From: Fonticula alba ATCC 38817
Taxonomy: Eukaryota > Protista > Nucleariida
Assembly: GCA_000388065.2 (NCBI GenBank)
Contig: KB932214.1
Reading direction: 5' to 3' (one strand)
DNA length: 11,970 nucleotides
Shown: piece after piece, positions 1 through 8,632 of the stretch
Layout of the letters: every line of letters begins with the position of its first letter
Numbering within the stretch: position 1 is the stretch's first letter
Notes under the pieces: model-generated
Told to the model about the DNA's origin: nothing
The model's database searches: none
What the model saw: the letters and a program-made list of their open reading frames with translations, nothing else
Program-made: the position numbers and the translations under genes

Positions 1-51
1 GGGGGGGGGGGGGGGGGGGGGGGGGGGGGCGCGCGCGGCCGGGGCACATAC

Positions 52-1145
52 CGTAGCGATGTGAGGGGGTCCAGCCGCCGGGCTCATGCTCGCGCGACCA
101 CCAGAAGGACACGAGCGCCCGCCGGGCCGGGTCGGTCAGCAGCCAGCCGGTGCCGGGTTGCGACGACACCGCCAGGAAGATGGACGCCAGCAGCAGGGCA
201 ACATCCAGCATCAGCAGGCCGATGCCGGCGAGCCGAAGCCGCAGCTGGGAGCGAGCGGGCGGCCGCGGCGCCGGGTGCGGTTAGGTGGGCATGTGGGCGC
301 GTGCGCGGAGATGGGGGTTTGCAGCTGGGGTTCAGTGCGATGCCGGGGTCCAGTGCGATAGGCTGATCGTGCGGCTGTCCGGACGTCCGAGTGACCGATC
401 GCGCGGCCGGCCGGATGGGGGAAGAGGCGGGTGGCCATGCGCGCGCGCGCGCGCGCACACCCCCATGCATGTGCCACACCGGAGATGCGACAAAAGGAAG
501 GGCAACGGCAAAATGCAACGTACAATGTAGGCGCGAGTCGGCCGGCCGAGCAGCGGCAGCCCCAGGGACAGGCGGTTGGGCCGGTCGATGGACGCGGCGC
601 CGCCGCGCTGGCGCTGGGGAAGCCACTCCCCGCGGAAGACAAACCCCAGGAACCCGGCAAAGGAGGCCCCATCGTCGGGGGGCGGTGTGGCGGCCGCCCG
701 CCGGGAGGCCGGCGTCGGCAGCGGCGCCCGGGCAGCCATCGGCGGGTCCTCCTCGTCCAGAGGCCCGACCAGCGGGCCATCCTGATACAGCGGCTCCAGC
801 GGGATGGACCCCGGGTGCAGGGGGTCCTCCTCGGCCAGGGACAGCCCGTCGGCCGAGCGCGGGCTCAGCAGGGCCCGCGAGCTGCCGGCCAGCGACAGGC
901 CCGACAGCGCGTGGTGCTCCGGCGACAGCTTCGGCCCGGCCGGCCGGTGGCAGGACCACTCGCGCAGCAGGGCCCCGGTGGCCGGGGCCGACTCCAGCCG
1001 CGCCAGTGCCTGCTGCAGGACCAGCTGCCGGAGCGGCTGGCCGATGAATTGCTGCGCCAGCCGGGCGGCGAAGGGTGTGCGTGTGTGTGTGTGGGGGGGG
1101 GGGGGGGTCTGGGGGGGGGGGGGGGGGGGGGGGGGGGGGTGGGGT

Positions 1146-1191
<46 letters not shown>

Positions 1192-2060
1192 NNNNNNNNN
1201 NNNNNNNNNNNNNNNNNNNNNNNNNNNNNNNNNNNNNNNNNNNNNNNNNNNNNNNNNNNNNNNNNNNNNNNNNNNNNNNNNNNNNNNNNNNNNNNNNNNN
1301 NNNNNNNNNNNNNNNNNNNNNNNNNNNNNNNNNNNNNNNNNNNNNNNNNNNNNNNNNNNNNNNNNNNNNNNNNNNNNNNNNNNNNNNNNNNNNNNNNNNN
1401 NNNNNNNNNNNNNNNNNNNNNNNNNNNNNNNNNNNNNNNNNNNNNNNNNNNNNNNNNNNNNNNNNNNNNNNNNNNNNNNNNNNNNNNNNNNNNNNNNNNN
1501 NNNNNNNNNNNNNNNNNNNNNNNNNNNNNNNNNNNNNNNNNNNNNNNNNNNNNNNNNNNNNNNNNNNNNNNNNNNNNNNNNNNNNNNNNNNNNNNNNNNN
1601 NNNNNNNNNNNNNNNNNNNNNNNNNNNNNNNNNNNNNNNNNNNNNNNNNNNNNNNNNNNNNNNNNNNNNNNNNNNNNNNNNNNNNNNNNNNNNNNNNNNN
1701 NNNNNNNNNNNNNNNNNNNNNNNNNNNNNNNNNNNNNNNNNNNNNNNNNNNNNNNNNNNNNNNNNNNNNNNNNNNNNNNNNNNNNNNNNNNNNNNNNNNN
1801 NNNNNNNNNNNNNNNNNNNNNNNNNNNNNNGGGGGGGGGGGGGGCCGCACCTCGCAGCCCGGCGACTGCAGCCACACCGGCAGCGTGGCGGTCGGGGCCG
1901 ACAGGAGCCCCAGCTGGGATTCCATGCTCTGGGAGGTGGTGGCGCCCTGTAGGTCCGCGGCCGAGGGGGCGTCCGCGTCGCCCCCGGCCCCGGGGGCCGC
2001 CATCAGGCCGAAGCGCATGGTGCGCGGACGCGCACCCTCCGTACCCGGCGGGGCGAACAT
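52..2060 (-). CDS. Hypothetical membrane protein, spliced and 3'-incomplete. Visible exons (minus strand): 2060-1851, 1051-524, 244-52. Further exons may lie in the gap 1192-1830 and beyond the left edge.
   Basis: ATG at 2060 in GCC-ATG context (MFAPPGTEG...WLQSPGCE) is followed by donor GTGCGG. Acceptor GCGCAG at 1052 opens QFIGQPLRQLVLQQALARLE...RPTRAYI, ending at donor GTACGT (523). A CTAAC branch (284-280) and acceptor CCCAG (245) open LRLRLAGIGLLMLDVALLLASIFLAVSS...SHRY, ending at donor GTATGT (51). Phases 0/0/1 are mutually consistent. One clear hydrophobic TM-like stretch. No family recognised. Confidence 0.65.
1192..1830. other. Assembly gap (639 N) inside gene 1, flanked by poly-G
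   Basis: N run with G tracts at 1094-1191 and 1831-1844. Confidence 0.99.
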
Positions 2061-2182
2061 GGCGCGTGCTCTCCGGAGGGCGAGGCGCCGCGAGGGAGCG
2101 GGATGGGGGGGAGGGAAAAAAAAAGAGCGGGAGAGGCGAGCGGGAGAGGCGAGCAAGGAGGGGCAGCGGATGTCGGCCGTGC

Positions 2183-2189
2183 GTATGTG

Positions 2190-2254
<65 letters not shown>

Positions 2255-2256
2255 GT
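2183..2256. repeat. (GT/CA)n microsatellite, about 36 units, slightly imperfect
   Basis: Directly visible dinucleotide tract about 125 bp upstream of the gene 1 ATG. Confidence 0.95.
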
Positions 2257-3126
2257 TGGTGGTGCTGTTGCGCGGCGGCGAGGGCTGGCGCCGCCAGGCG
2301 GGGCCCACTTGTCCCCTTTCCGGCCGCCGGGCCCCGGGCTCGCGGGGGAGGCCCCCGCTGGGGGGCGCGCGCGCGCGCGCGTGCAGGCTGCGATCTCGGT
2401 TCCCCGCCCGGTCCGCCGGGCAGCCGGCGCCACAACACAACAATCGGCCGGGCCGCGCCGCGGCACCCTGGCCGGGCCGGGCGGCGGTTCCTTCGGCGGC
2501 CTTGGCCCGCCCGCCCGCCCCCCCCCCCCCCCCCGGGCGGGGAAGAACTGGCGCACCGACGCCTGAGGGAAGGATGACCGACGCACCCGGGGGCATGCGC
2601 GCGCGCGCGCGTCCGAAAAGGGAACTCGCGCCCGGGCCGGGAGATCGGGCGGCACATCACCGGCGTCCGTCACGCGGGCATGCCACGTGCCGGATCACGC
2701 CACTAGGCTCGGCTCCGGCGCCGGCCCTGCGCGCTTCTGTCGGTGGGCGGGTGCAGAGGACGGCCGGGGGGGGGGGCCGGGACGGGGGGCCGGGACGGGG
2801 CGGGCGTCGGCCCCGGTCGGGGGAAGAGCCGCCCGGAAGCCCCCCGGCTTCTGACGCCCGAACGTGTCTTCCCCTGGGCGGGGCATGTCGCGCGTGCGCG
2901 CGCGCGCGCTGCGGGCAGATCGCGCCCTCGCCCGGCCCGCAGCCCACAACCAGCCGCCGGACGGCCCCTGCCCGGGGGCCGGGCGCGCGTGGGAAAATGG
3001 CTGTGTCAGCCCGCGGCCCGGGTAGCGTAATCTGGCCGGCGGCGGCGCGGCCGATCCCGCCGGCCGGGGGGGGGGAGGATTGGGCTTTCTGCCGGCGCCG
3101 CGCGATCACCGGCCCCGGGACCCCGG

Positions 3127-3194
3127 GCACACACACGCACACGCCCGCACACGCCCGCACACGCCCGCACACGCACGCACACGCACGCACACAC
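3127..3194. repeat. CA-rich short tandem repeat, (CACACGCCCG)x3 plus CACACGCACG variants
   Basis: Visible 10-bp tandem units upstream of the PEX5 ATG. Confidence 0.85.
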
Positions 3195-3325
3195 TTTGCC
3201 CTCACCCGGCCCCGACAGCACTCCCATCCGCCCCCGCATCCAGCCCCATCCCTCTACTTGATCCCTTTCGCCCCTCTTCGCGCGCGCGCCCGCCCGCCCG
3301 CTCCGGACATCCCCTGCACACAGCC

Positions 3326-5226
3326 ATGTCCGACAGATCGATGTGCGCTGCCAGCGGCGGTGGCCCGCTCGCGGCCAAGGAGCTGGCCGACTTCGCCCAA
3401 CAAGTGGGCCGGGCTGCCAGCGCGGGCCCGGACCCCGGCGCGGCGCTGGCCGCCCCCGAGTCCGTGCCCCACCCGGTTCCCCGGGCCACGGCGGCGGCCC
3501 GGGGCTGCCCCTTCCGCGGGGGCTCCGCTCGGCCGGTGGACAGCCTGCCCGGGCAGCAGCAGCTCCTCGTTCAGCCGGGCGACGGGCTGGCCACCGGCGG
3601 GCCGGTCCCGGGGGCCGGCCAGCGCGCGGCCGAGCTGGCCGGCGTCGACCATGTGCGATCGCTCGGCCCGCCCGTCCGCCCGCCCTCCCCCGCACGTGCC
3701 ATCTTCCCAGCACTGACCCTGTCGTTATTTTGTCTTCCCCCCCTCCCCCGCCCCCCCCCCCCCCCTGGGATCAGGCGGCGCTCCTGGCCGACGAGTGGGC
3801 AAGCATCTACTCGCCGGGGGGCTCGCCGGTGCTCGGGTCGCCGGTGACGGCCCGCCCGGGGCACGCCGTGTCGACGCCGCGGTGTCCCTTTTCCGCGGCC
3901 CTGGCCGGGGGCCCGGGGCTCGGGGCGCCCGGGTGGCACGGGCCCGGGGCGCTGTGGCCCGGGGCCGGGGCACCGCCCCCCGCGGCCGACGCCTACCAGG
4001 AGCTGGTGGCCGCGCCGGAGGACGTGGCCCGGCTGGACGCCCCGGCCGAGGCCGACGATGCGCCGGCCGAGTCGCTCCTCGACCCGGACACCCAGCGGCT
4101 CCTGCTCCGGGGGAGCGCCGGCGCGGCGGACCTCCTGTCCGGGCCGGGCCGCTTGCAGGCCGAGGCCGCGCGCGCGCATGCCGCCATTCGCGAGGACCCC
4201 ACGCTCGGGGGCGGGCGCTTTGCTCGGTTCATGGTGCGTGGCGCGGGTGCCGGGTCTTTTTCCTTCGTCCCCCCCCCCGGACCCAGGCTCCCGTTCCGAC
4301 ATGCCGCGTGGCCGCGCACCGCCACTGACTGACACCCCCACCGGATCTCCTTTCTCTCTCTGTGCGTGTGCGTCTGCGGCCCGGGCGGGCCGGCGGGCGC
4401 AGTTGGACCTGAGTGCCGGCGCCGCGACCATCCGGCCCGACGGCTCGGTGTCCGGCACGGCCGAGCCCCAGGCCGCCGACCGGCTCATCCTGCCCGGGGC
4501 CGATGACCAGGCCGGGCCCGAGGCCGAGGAGGACTTGTCCGGGGTCCAGGCGGCGGTGCAGGCCGCCGCGCGGGCCTTCGGCCTGCGCCAGCCGGCCGAC
4601 CGGCAGACCGCCCCGAGCACGACGGCCCCCGGCATGGCGGGAGACGACACGACCGTGGTCCCGGCGCCGCCGGGGCCCGGGCCGGAGGTGGTGGAGGCCG
4701 CGCGCCGGGCCGGCCTCCGGGCCTCGGAGGCGCCGGCCCCCGGGCCGGTCCTCACCTGCCCGATGACCGGGCGCCGGGTGGCCGTGCCGGCCGACGGCCC
4801 GGCCAGTGAGGCCGTGCGCCGGGCTCTGGGCGGGCCGCTGGCGGCCGCGCCGGCCGAGGCGCTGCCGGCCGCGTCGGCCGCCGCCCAGCAGTGCCCCTAC
4901 CTGTCGGCCAAGCTCCAGGGGGCCGAGCACCCGGCCGATGGGCAGGTGGCCGCGCACCACCCGGCCGGGTCCTGGGTCACGGCCTTCCGCCAGGCCATCG
5001 AGCCCCTGCGGCCGGAGCCCCGGCCCGGGCAGGCGCTCGACGAGTGGACCGAGTGGGAGGAGGAGACGCTCCCGGCGACCGGCTGGCGCCAGCACCGGTG
5101 GCTTGGCTGGGGCTATGAAGCGTGCGTGCCCGGGGTCCGGCCCCGGGGGCCCGTCTTGCGGCGTGCGATCGAGCCGGCTTGCTGACTCCCCCCCCCCCCC
5201 CCCCCCCCCCGCCCCCCCCCGCCCCG

Positions 5227-5262
<36 letters not shown>

Positions 5263-7867
5263 ACACGCACCACCGGCGTGCATGCATGCACAACATGGAC
5301 TCCCGCGCGCGCGCACACCTGCAGCTATCGCCGGGCGGACTTCACCGCGTACCGGCCTCGCTTCACGGCCCGCAGCCGGGCGCTCGAGCCGCTGTACCAG
5401 GCCCGCGCTGACCTCGGTCCCGGCGACCTGGCCGACGTGCTGGCCCTGGCGCGCGAGCTGTCCCTCGGCGGGCGGGCCGAGTCAGGTACGTGGGACAATC
5501 GCCCCCCTGCCCCGCCCCCCCCCCCCTCCCCTCCCGGTGTGTGTGTGTGTGTGTGTGGTGTGTGTGCTTCGCCCCTTGCCCGGCCTGTATCCTGACGCCT
5601 CGACCGGTTGGCCGGCCGGCCGGCCCCGACACCCAGCCGTCGCCCTGCTTGAGGCGGCCCTGGCCCCTGGGGGCGAGGTGTCGACGCCCGGGCTGGACTC
5701 GGACGTCGCGGCCGTCGCCGCCAGCCGGGCCGACCTCTGGCAGGAGCTCGGCCGGCTGCATGTGCAGCAGATGCGCGACGGGAGCGCCCTCGGGGCCCTC
5801 TGGGCCGCGGCCGGGATCCTCTACCCGGCGGAGGTGGCCGGCGCGTCGGCGGCCGGGTGGGGCCCGACCGAGGCGCCGGTCGCCGGCGTCCCGGCCGCGC
5901 CCGCGGCCCAGGTGCCCGGCATCTGGCTCGAATTGGCCGGGTGCTACCAGGCGGAGAAGTGCCGGCCGGAGCTCTTCAAATGTACGCTGCCCCCTGCTGC
6001 CCCGGTCCTCTGGCCGCCCGTGCTGACTGCTTGCTGTTGCCGGCCGCTTGCTTTGGTCTCCCCCTCCCCCGCCCCGCCCTCGGGTCCCGGCCAGGCGTCA
6101 TGCAGTGGCTGAACCTGGTCAGCCCTGGCCCGGAGCCCTTCGCGCCGGCCATGAACACCGAGCACTTCTTCGTGGACCTGGTGCGCGCGGTGGCCGGCGT
6201 CGGACAGCAGTGTGTCCAGGCCCTGGCGGCCCTGGGCCCGGACCGGGCGGATCACGGCCCCGAGCGGGCGCGGCTGCTCGATCGGCTGGCCGCATCGCAG
6301 GTGCGTCGCTGCTCGTTCCCCCGCCTCCTGGCTGCTGCTTCCCTTCTCGCCGCCGGGTGCCCGGCACGGGGTGCTCCGTCGGGTGGCCCCGGCGCGCCCC
6401 TCTTCCCTTGCGCTGACACCGCCGCCGCTCGGCACATGTTGCCGCGCCCCCCCCCCCTCCCCCGCGGCCGGCGGGGGGGTCGTGTCGCACACAGTCCGCC
6501 CTGTCGATGGTCCTGTCGGTGTCTCCCTCGCCGGAGGATGTGCGCTTCGCCTGTGAAAGCGCCACCATCATGGTGAACGCCCTGCTGGAGGCGCAGCGGC
6601 TGTCGGTGACCGGCGCCGGCGGGGCCGGCCCCGCGCCGGGGTCCCTCTCCTTCCGCCTGTACCTGGGGTACCTGCGCCTGGGCGGGCTGCTCGGTCGCGC
6701 CGGGGACCATGGGCCGGCGCTGGCGGCGCTTCGCCGGGCGCAGGAGGCCCTTCGGGGGTGGGCGCATGCCGCCGGCGCCGAGGGCGCCCCCTCCCGCCGG
6801 ACCCCCCGGCTGGACTACAACATGGGCATCAGGTGCGCGACACTCTGTCGGGGTGACAGCCGAAGGGGGGGAGGGGGGGGGGGGGGGGGGGATGGCCAGC
6901 CGCGGTACCACCTGCGCGAGGGGGGAGGGCCTAGCATACTGACCGCTGTGCTGTGTCTGCCGGATCGCTGTTGCGCGGGGCAGTTCTCTGGCTCTGGGCG
7001 CCCTGGAGGACGCCTGCGACCATTTTGCCTCCTCTCTGGCGAACCAGGTGTGTAAATGCCATGGCTGGCCATGCTCTTTTCTGCTCTCTCCTCTCTCTCT
7101 CTTTTCCCTTTTCCCTTTTCCCTTTTCTCTCTTCTCTCTTCTCTCTTCTCTCTCTTCTCTCTTCTCTCTCTTCTCTCTCTTCTCTCTTCTCTCTCTTCTC
7201 TCTCTTCTCTCTCTTCTCTCTTCTCTCTCCCCCTCCCCTTATCTCTTCTCTCTCTTCTCTCTTCTCTCTTCTCTCTTCTCTCTTCTCTCTCTTCTCTCTT
7301 CTCTCTTCTCTCTTCTCTCTCTTCTCTCTCTTCTCTCTTCTCTCTTCTCTCTTCTCTCTTCTCTCTTCTCTCTTCTCTCCTCTCTCCTCTCTCCCCCTCC
7401 CCTGATCTCCCCTCTCCCCCCTCCCCTCCATCTCCGCGCCACTTACACGCCCTCCACACCCCCCCACACCCCCTCCAAATGCCGCTCCCCAGCTGGAGGC
7501 CACTGACCACGCGGCCGAGGAAATGTACGCCTCAGAGGCGGAGGCCGCCGCCGCGGCGGAGCACGCCCTGCGCGGGCTGGCGATCGCCGATGCCGACGCC
7601 GCGGCGCCCGACTCCCCGATCCACGGGCTGCGCCGGGCCGCCCGGCACGCCCCCCCGGGGGCCCTCCTGCCGGCCGGGCACCCCTCCACCGCGCTGAGCC
7701 CCAGCGGCCAGGACGGCGACGCCGACACCTGGGAAGCCCTGCGCGTGACACTGGTGGAGCTGGGCGAGACGGCCCGGGCCAAGGCGGCTGCCAACCGGGA
7801 CCTGGCCGGCTGCCTGGCATGGGATCTCCCCCGGGGCAGGCTGGCCGCCGGGCCTCCAGGCCTTTGA
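3326..7867 (+). CDS. PEX5: PEX5-family peroxisomal targeting signal receptor (divergent TPR protein), 997 aa. join(3326..3652,3775..4233,4403..5121,5325..5485,5637..5981,6095..6300,6495..6832,6984..7047,7493..7867)
   Basis: All 8 introns are GT..AG with GTRYG-type donors and in-frame phases (0,0,2,1,1,0,2,0); spliced length is 2994 nt. Motifs matching PEX5 as I recall it: N-terminal Cys (MSDRSMC..GGPL), WASIY, WVTAF, PEX7 box DPTLGGGRFARFMLDLSAG. TPR matches: AVALLEAAL/ADLWQELG ~ AVLLFEAAV/EAWQYLG; PRLDYNMGISSLALGALEDACDHFASSLANQ ~ [58 protein letters not shown] ~ [27 protein letters not shown]. Confidence 0.88.
4192..4444 (+). other. PEX7-binding (PTS2 co-receptor) box of the PEX5-like protein, split by intron 2 (4234..4402)
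   Basis: Spliced peptide EDPTLGGGRFARFM|LDLSAGAATIRPDG aligns with human PEX5L [23 protein letters not shown] and plant PEX5 PKFQNSRFLQFVSKMSRGELII (recalled sequences). Confidence 0.7.
5187..5262. repeat. Near-pure poly-C tract in PEX5 intron 3
   Basis: About 75 nt of C interrupted by three G. Confidence 0.95.
7075..7430. repeat. Polypyrimidine TC-rich satellite (CTCTTCT / CTCTCTTCT units) filling PEX5 intron 8
   Basis: About 350 nt almost entirely C/T, with tandem 7- and 9-nt units in 7128-7380. Confidence 0.95.
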
Positions 7868-7968
7868 GGGGAGGCCCCGGCAGGCGGCCAGGCAGGCGGG
7901 CGGGCCCCAGGCAGGGTCCCTCGACTGCAAGCCCATCCGGCCGTCTCCCCCCCCCCTGGCTGGGGCCG

Positions 7969-8475
7969 NNNNNNNNNNNNNNNNNNNNNNNNNNNNNNNN
8001 NNNNNNNNNNNNNNNNNNNNNNNNNNNNNNNNNNNNNNNNNNNNNNNNNNNNNNNNNNNNNNNNNNNNNNNNNNNNNNNNNNNNNNNNNNNNNNNNNNNN
8101 NNNNNNNNNNNNNNNNNNNNNNNNNNNNNNNNNNNNNNNNNNNNNNNNNNNNNNNNNNNNNNNNNNNNNNNNNNNNNNNNNNNNNNNNNNNNNNNNNNNN
8201 NNNNNNNNNNNNNNNNNNNNNNNNNNNNNNNNNNNNNNNNNNNNNNNNNNNNNNNNNNNNNNNNNNNNNNNNNNNNNNNNNNNNNNNNNNNNNNNNNNNN
8301 NNNNNNNNNNNNNNNNNNNNNNNNNNNNNNNNNNNNNNNNNNNNNNNNNNNNNNNNNNNNNNNNNNNNNNNNNNNNNNNNNNNNNNNNNNNNNNNNNNNN
8401 NNNNNNNNNNNNNNNNNNNNNNNNNNNNNNNNNNNNNNNNNNNNNNNNNNNNNNNNNNNNNNNNNNNNNNNNNNN
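7969..8475. other. Assembly gap (507 N)
   Basis: N run between the PEX5 3' end and gene 3. Confidence 0.99.
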
Positions 8476-8581
8476 NCCCCCCCCCAGCCCCTTCTGTGTC
8501 TCGCCAGGCCGGTTGCGTTGGTGCTCTGACCAGCCGCTCCCCCTCGTCCCCTCGCGGCCGCCTTGCTGCGTCCCTTCTCGC

Positions 8582-8612
<31 letters not shown>

Positions 8613-8632
8613 CCGCCGTGTCCCAGTCTGCC

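Larger units (their letters stand above)
2061..3325. promoter_or_regulatory. Divergent (head-to-head) intergenic region holding the promoters and 5' UTRs of gene 1 and PEX5
   Basis: 1265 bp between oppositely oriented start codons. Contains (GT)n, (GC)7-8 tracts at 2365-2380, 2597-2610 and 2896-2909, and CA-rich repeats. No core promoter element identified. Confidence 0.5.

Noticed and set aside
332-362. Short direct repeat CAGTGCGAT x2, and a 13-bp duplication GGGAGAGGCGAGC near 2129-2154
   Set aside because: These look like ordinary slippage duplications in non-coding DNA, with no TIR/TSD or transposase evidence for a mobile element.
1109-1111. Alternative acceptor CAG within the poly-C tract of gene 1
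   Set aside because: It would make poly-C and (CA)n sequence coding; the acceptor at 1052 gives a cleaner phase-0 exon.
7128-7380. Tandem array considered as CRISPR or telomeric repeat
   Set aside because: There are no unique spacers or cas genes in this eukaryotic intron. The units are irregular 7/9-mers lacking a telomere-type G-rich register.
6815-7510. RE/K-rich ORF (ERREKREER...) on the minus strand and Leu/Ser/Phe 'membrane' ORFs on the plus strand
   Set aside because: These are translations of the TC satellite inside PEX5 intron 8, which is bounded by good splice sites.
7865-7968. Stop-codon readthrough producing a hidden peroxisomal signal (also checked after the stops of genes 3 and 4)
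   Set aside because: None of the stops has a TGA-CTA-type leaky context, and I saw no SKL-like end in the readable extensions.
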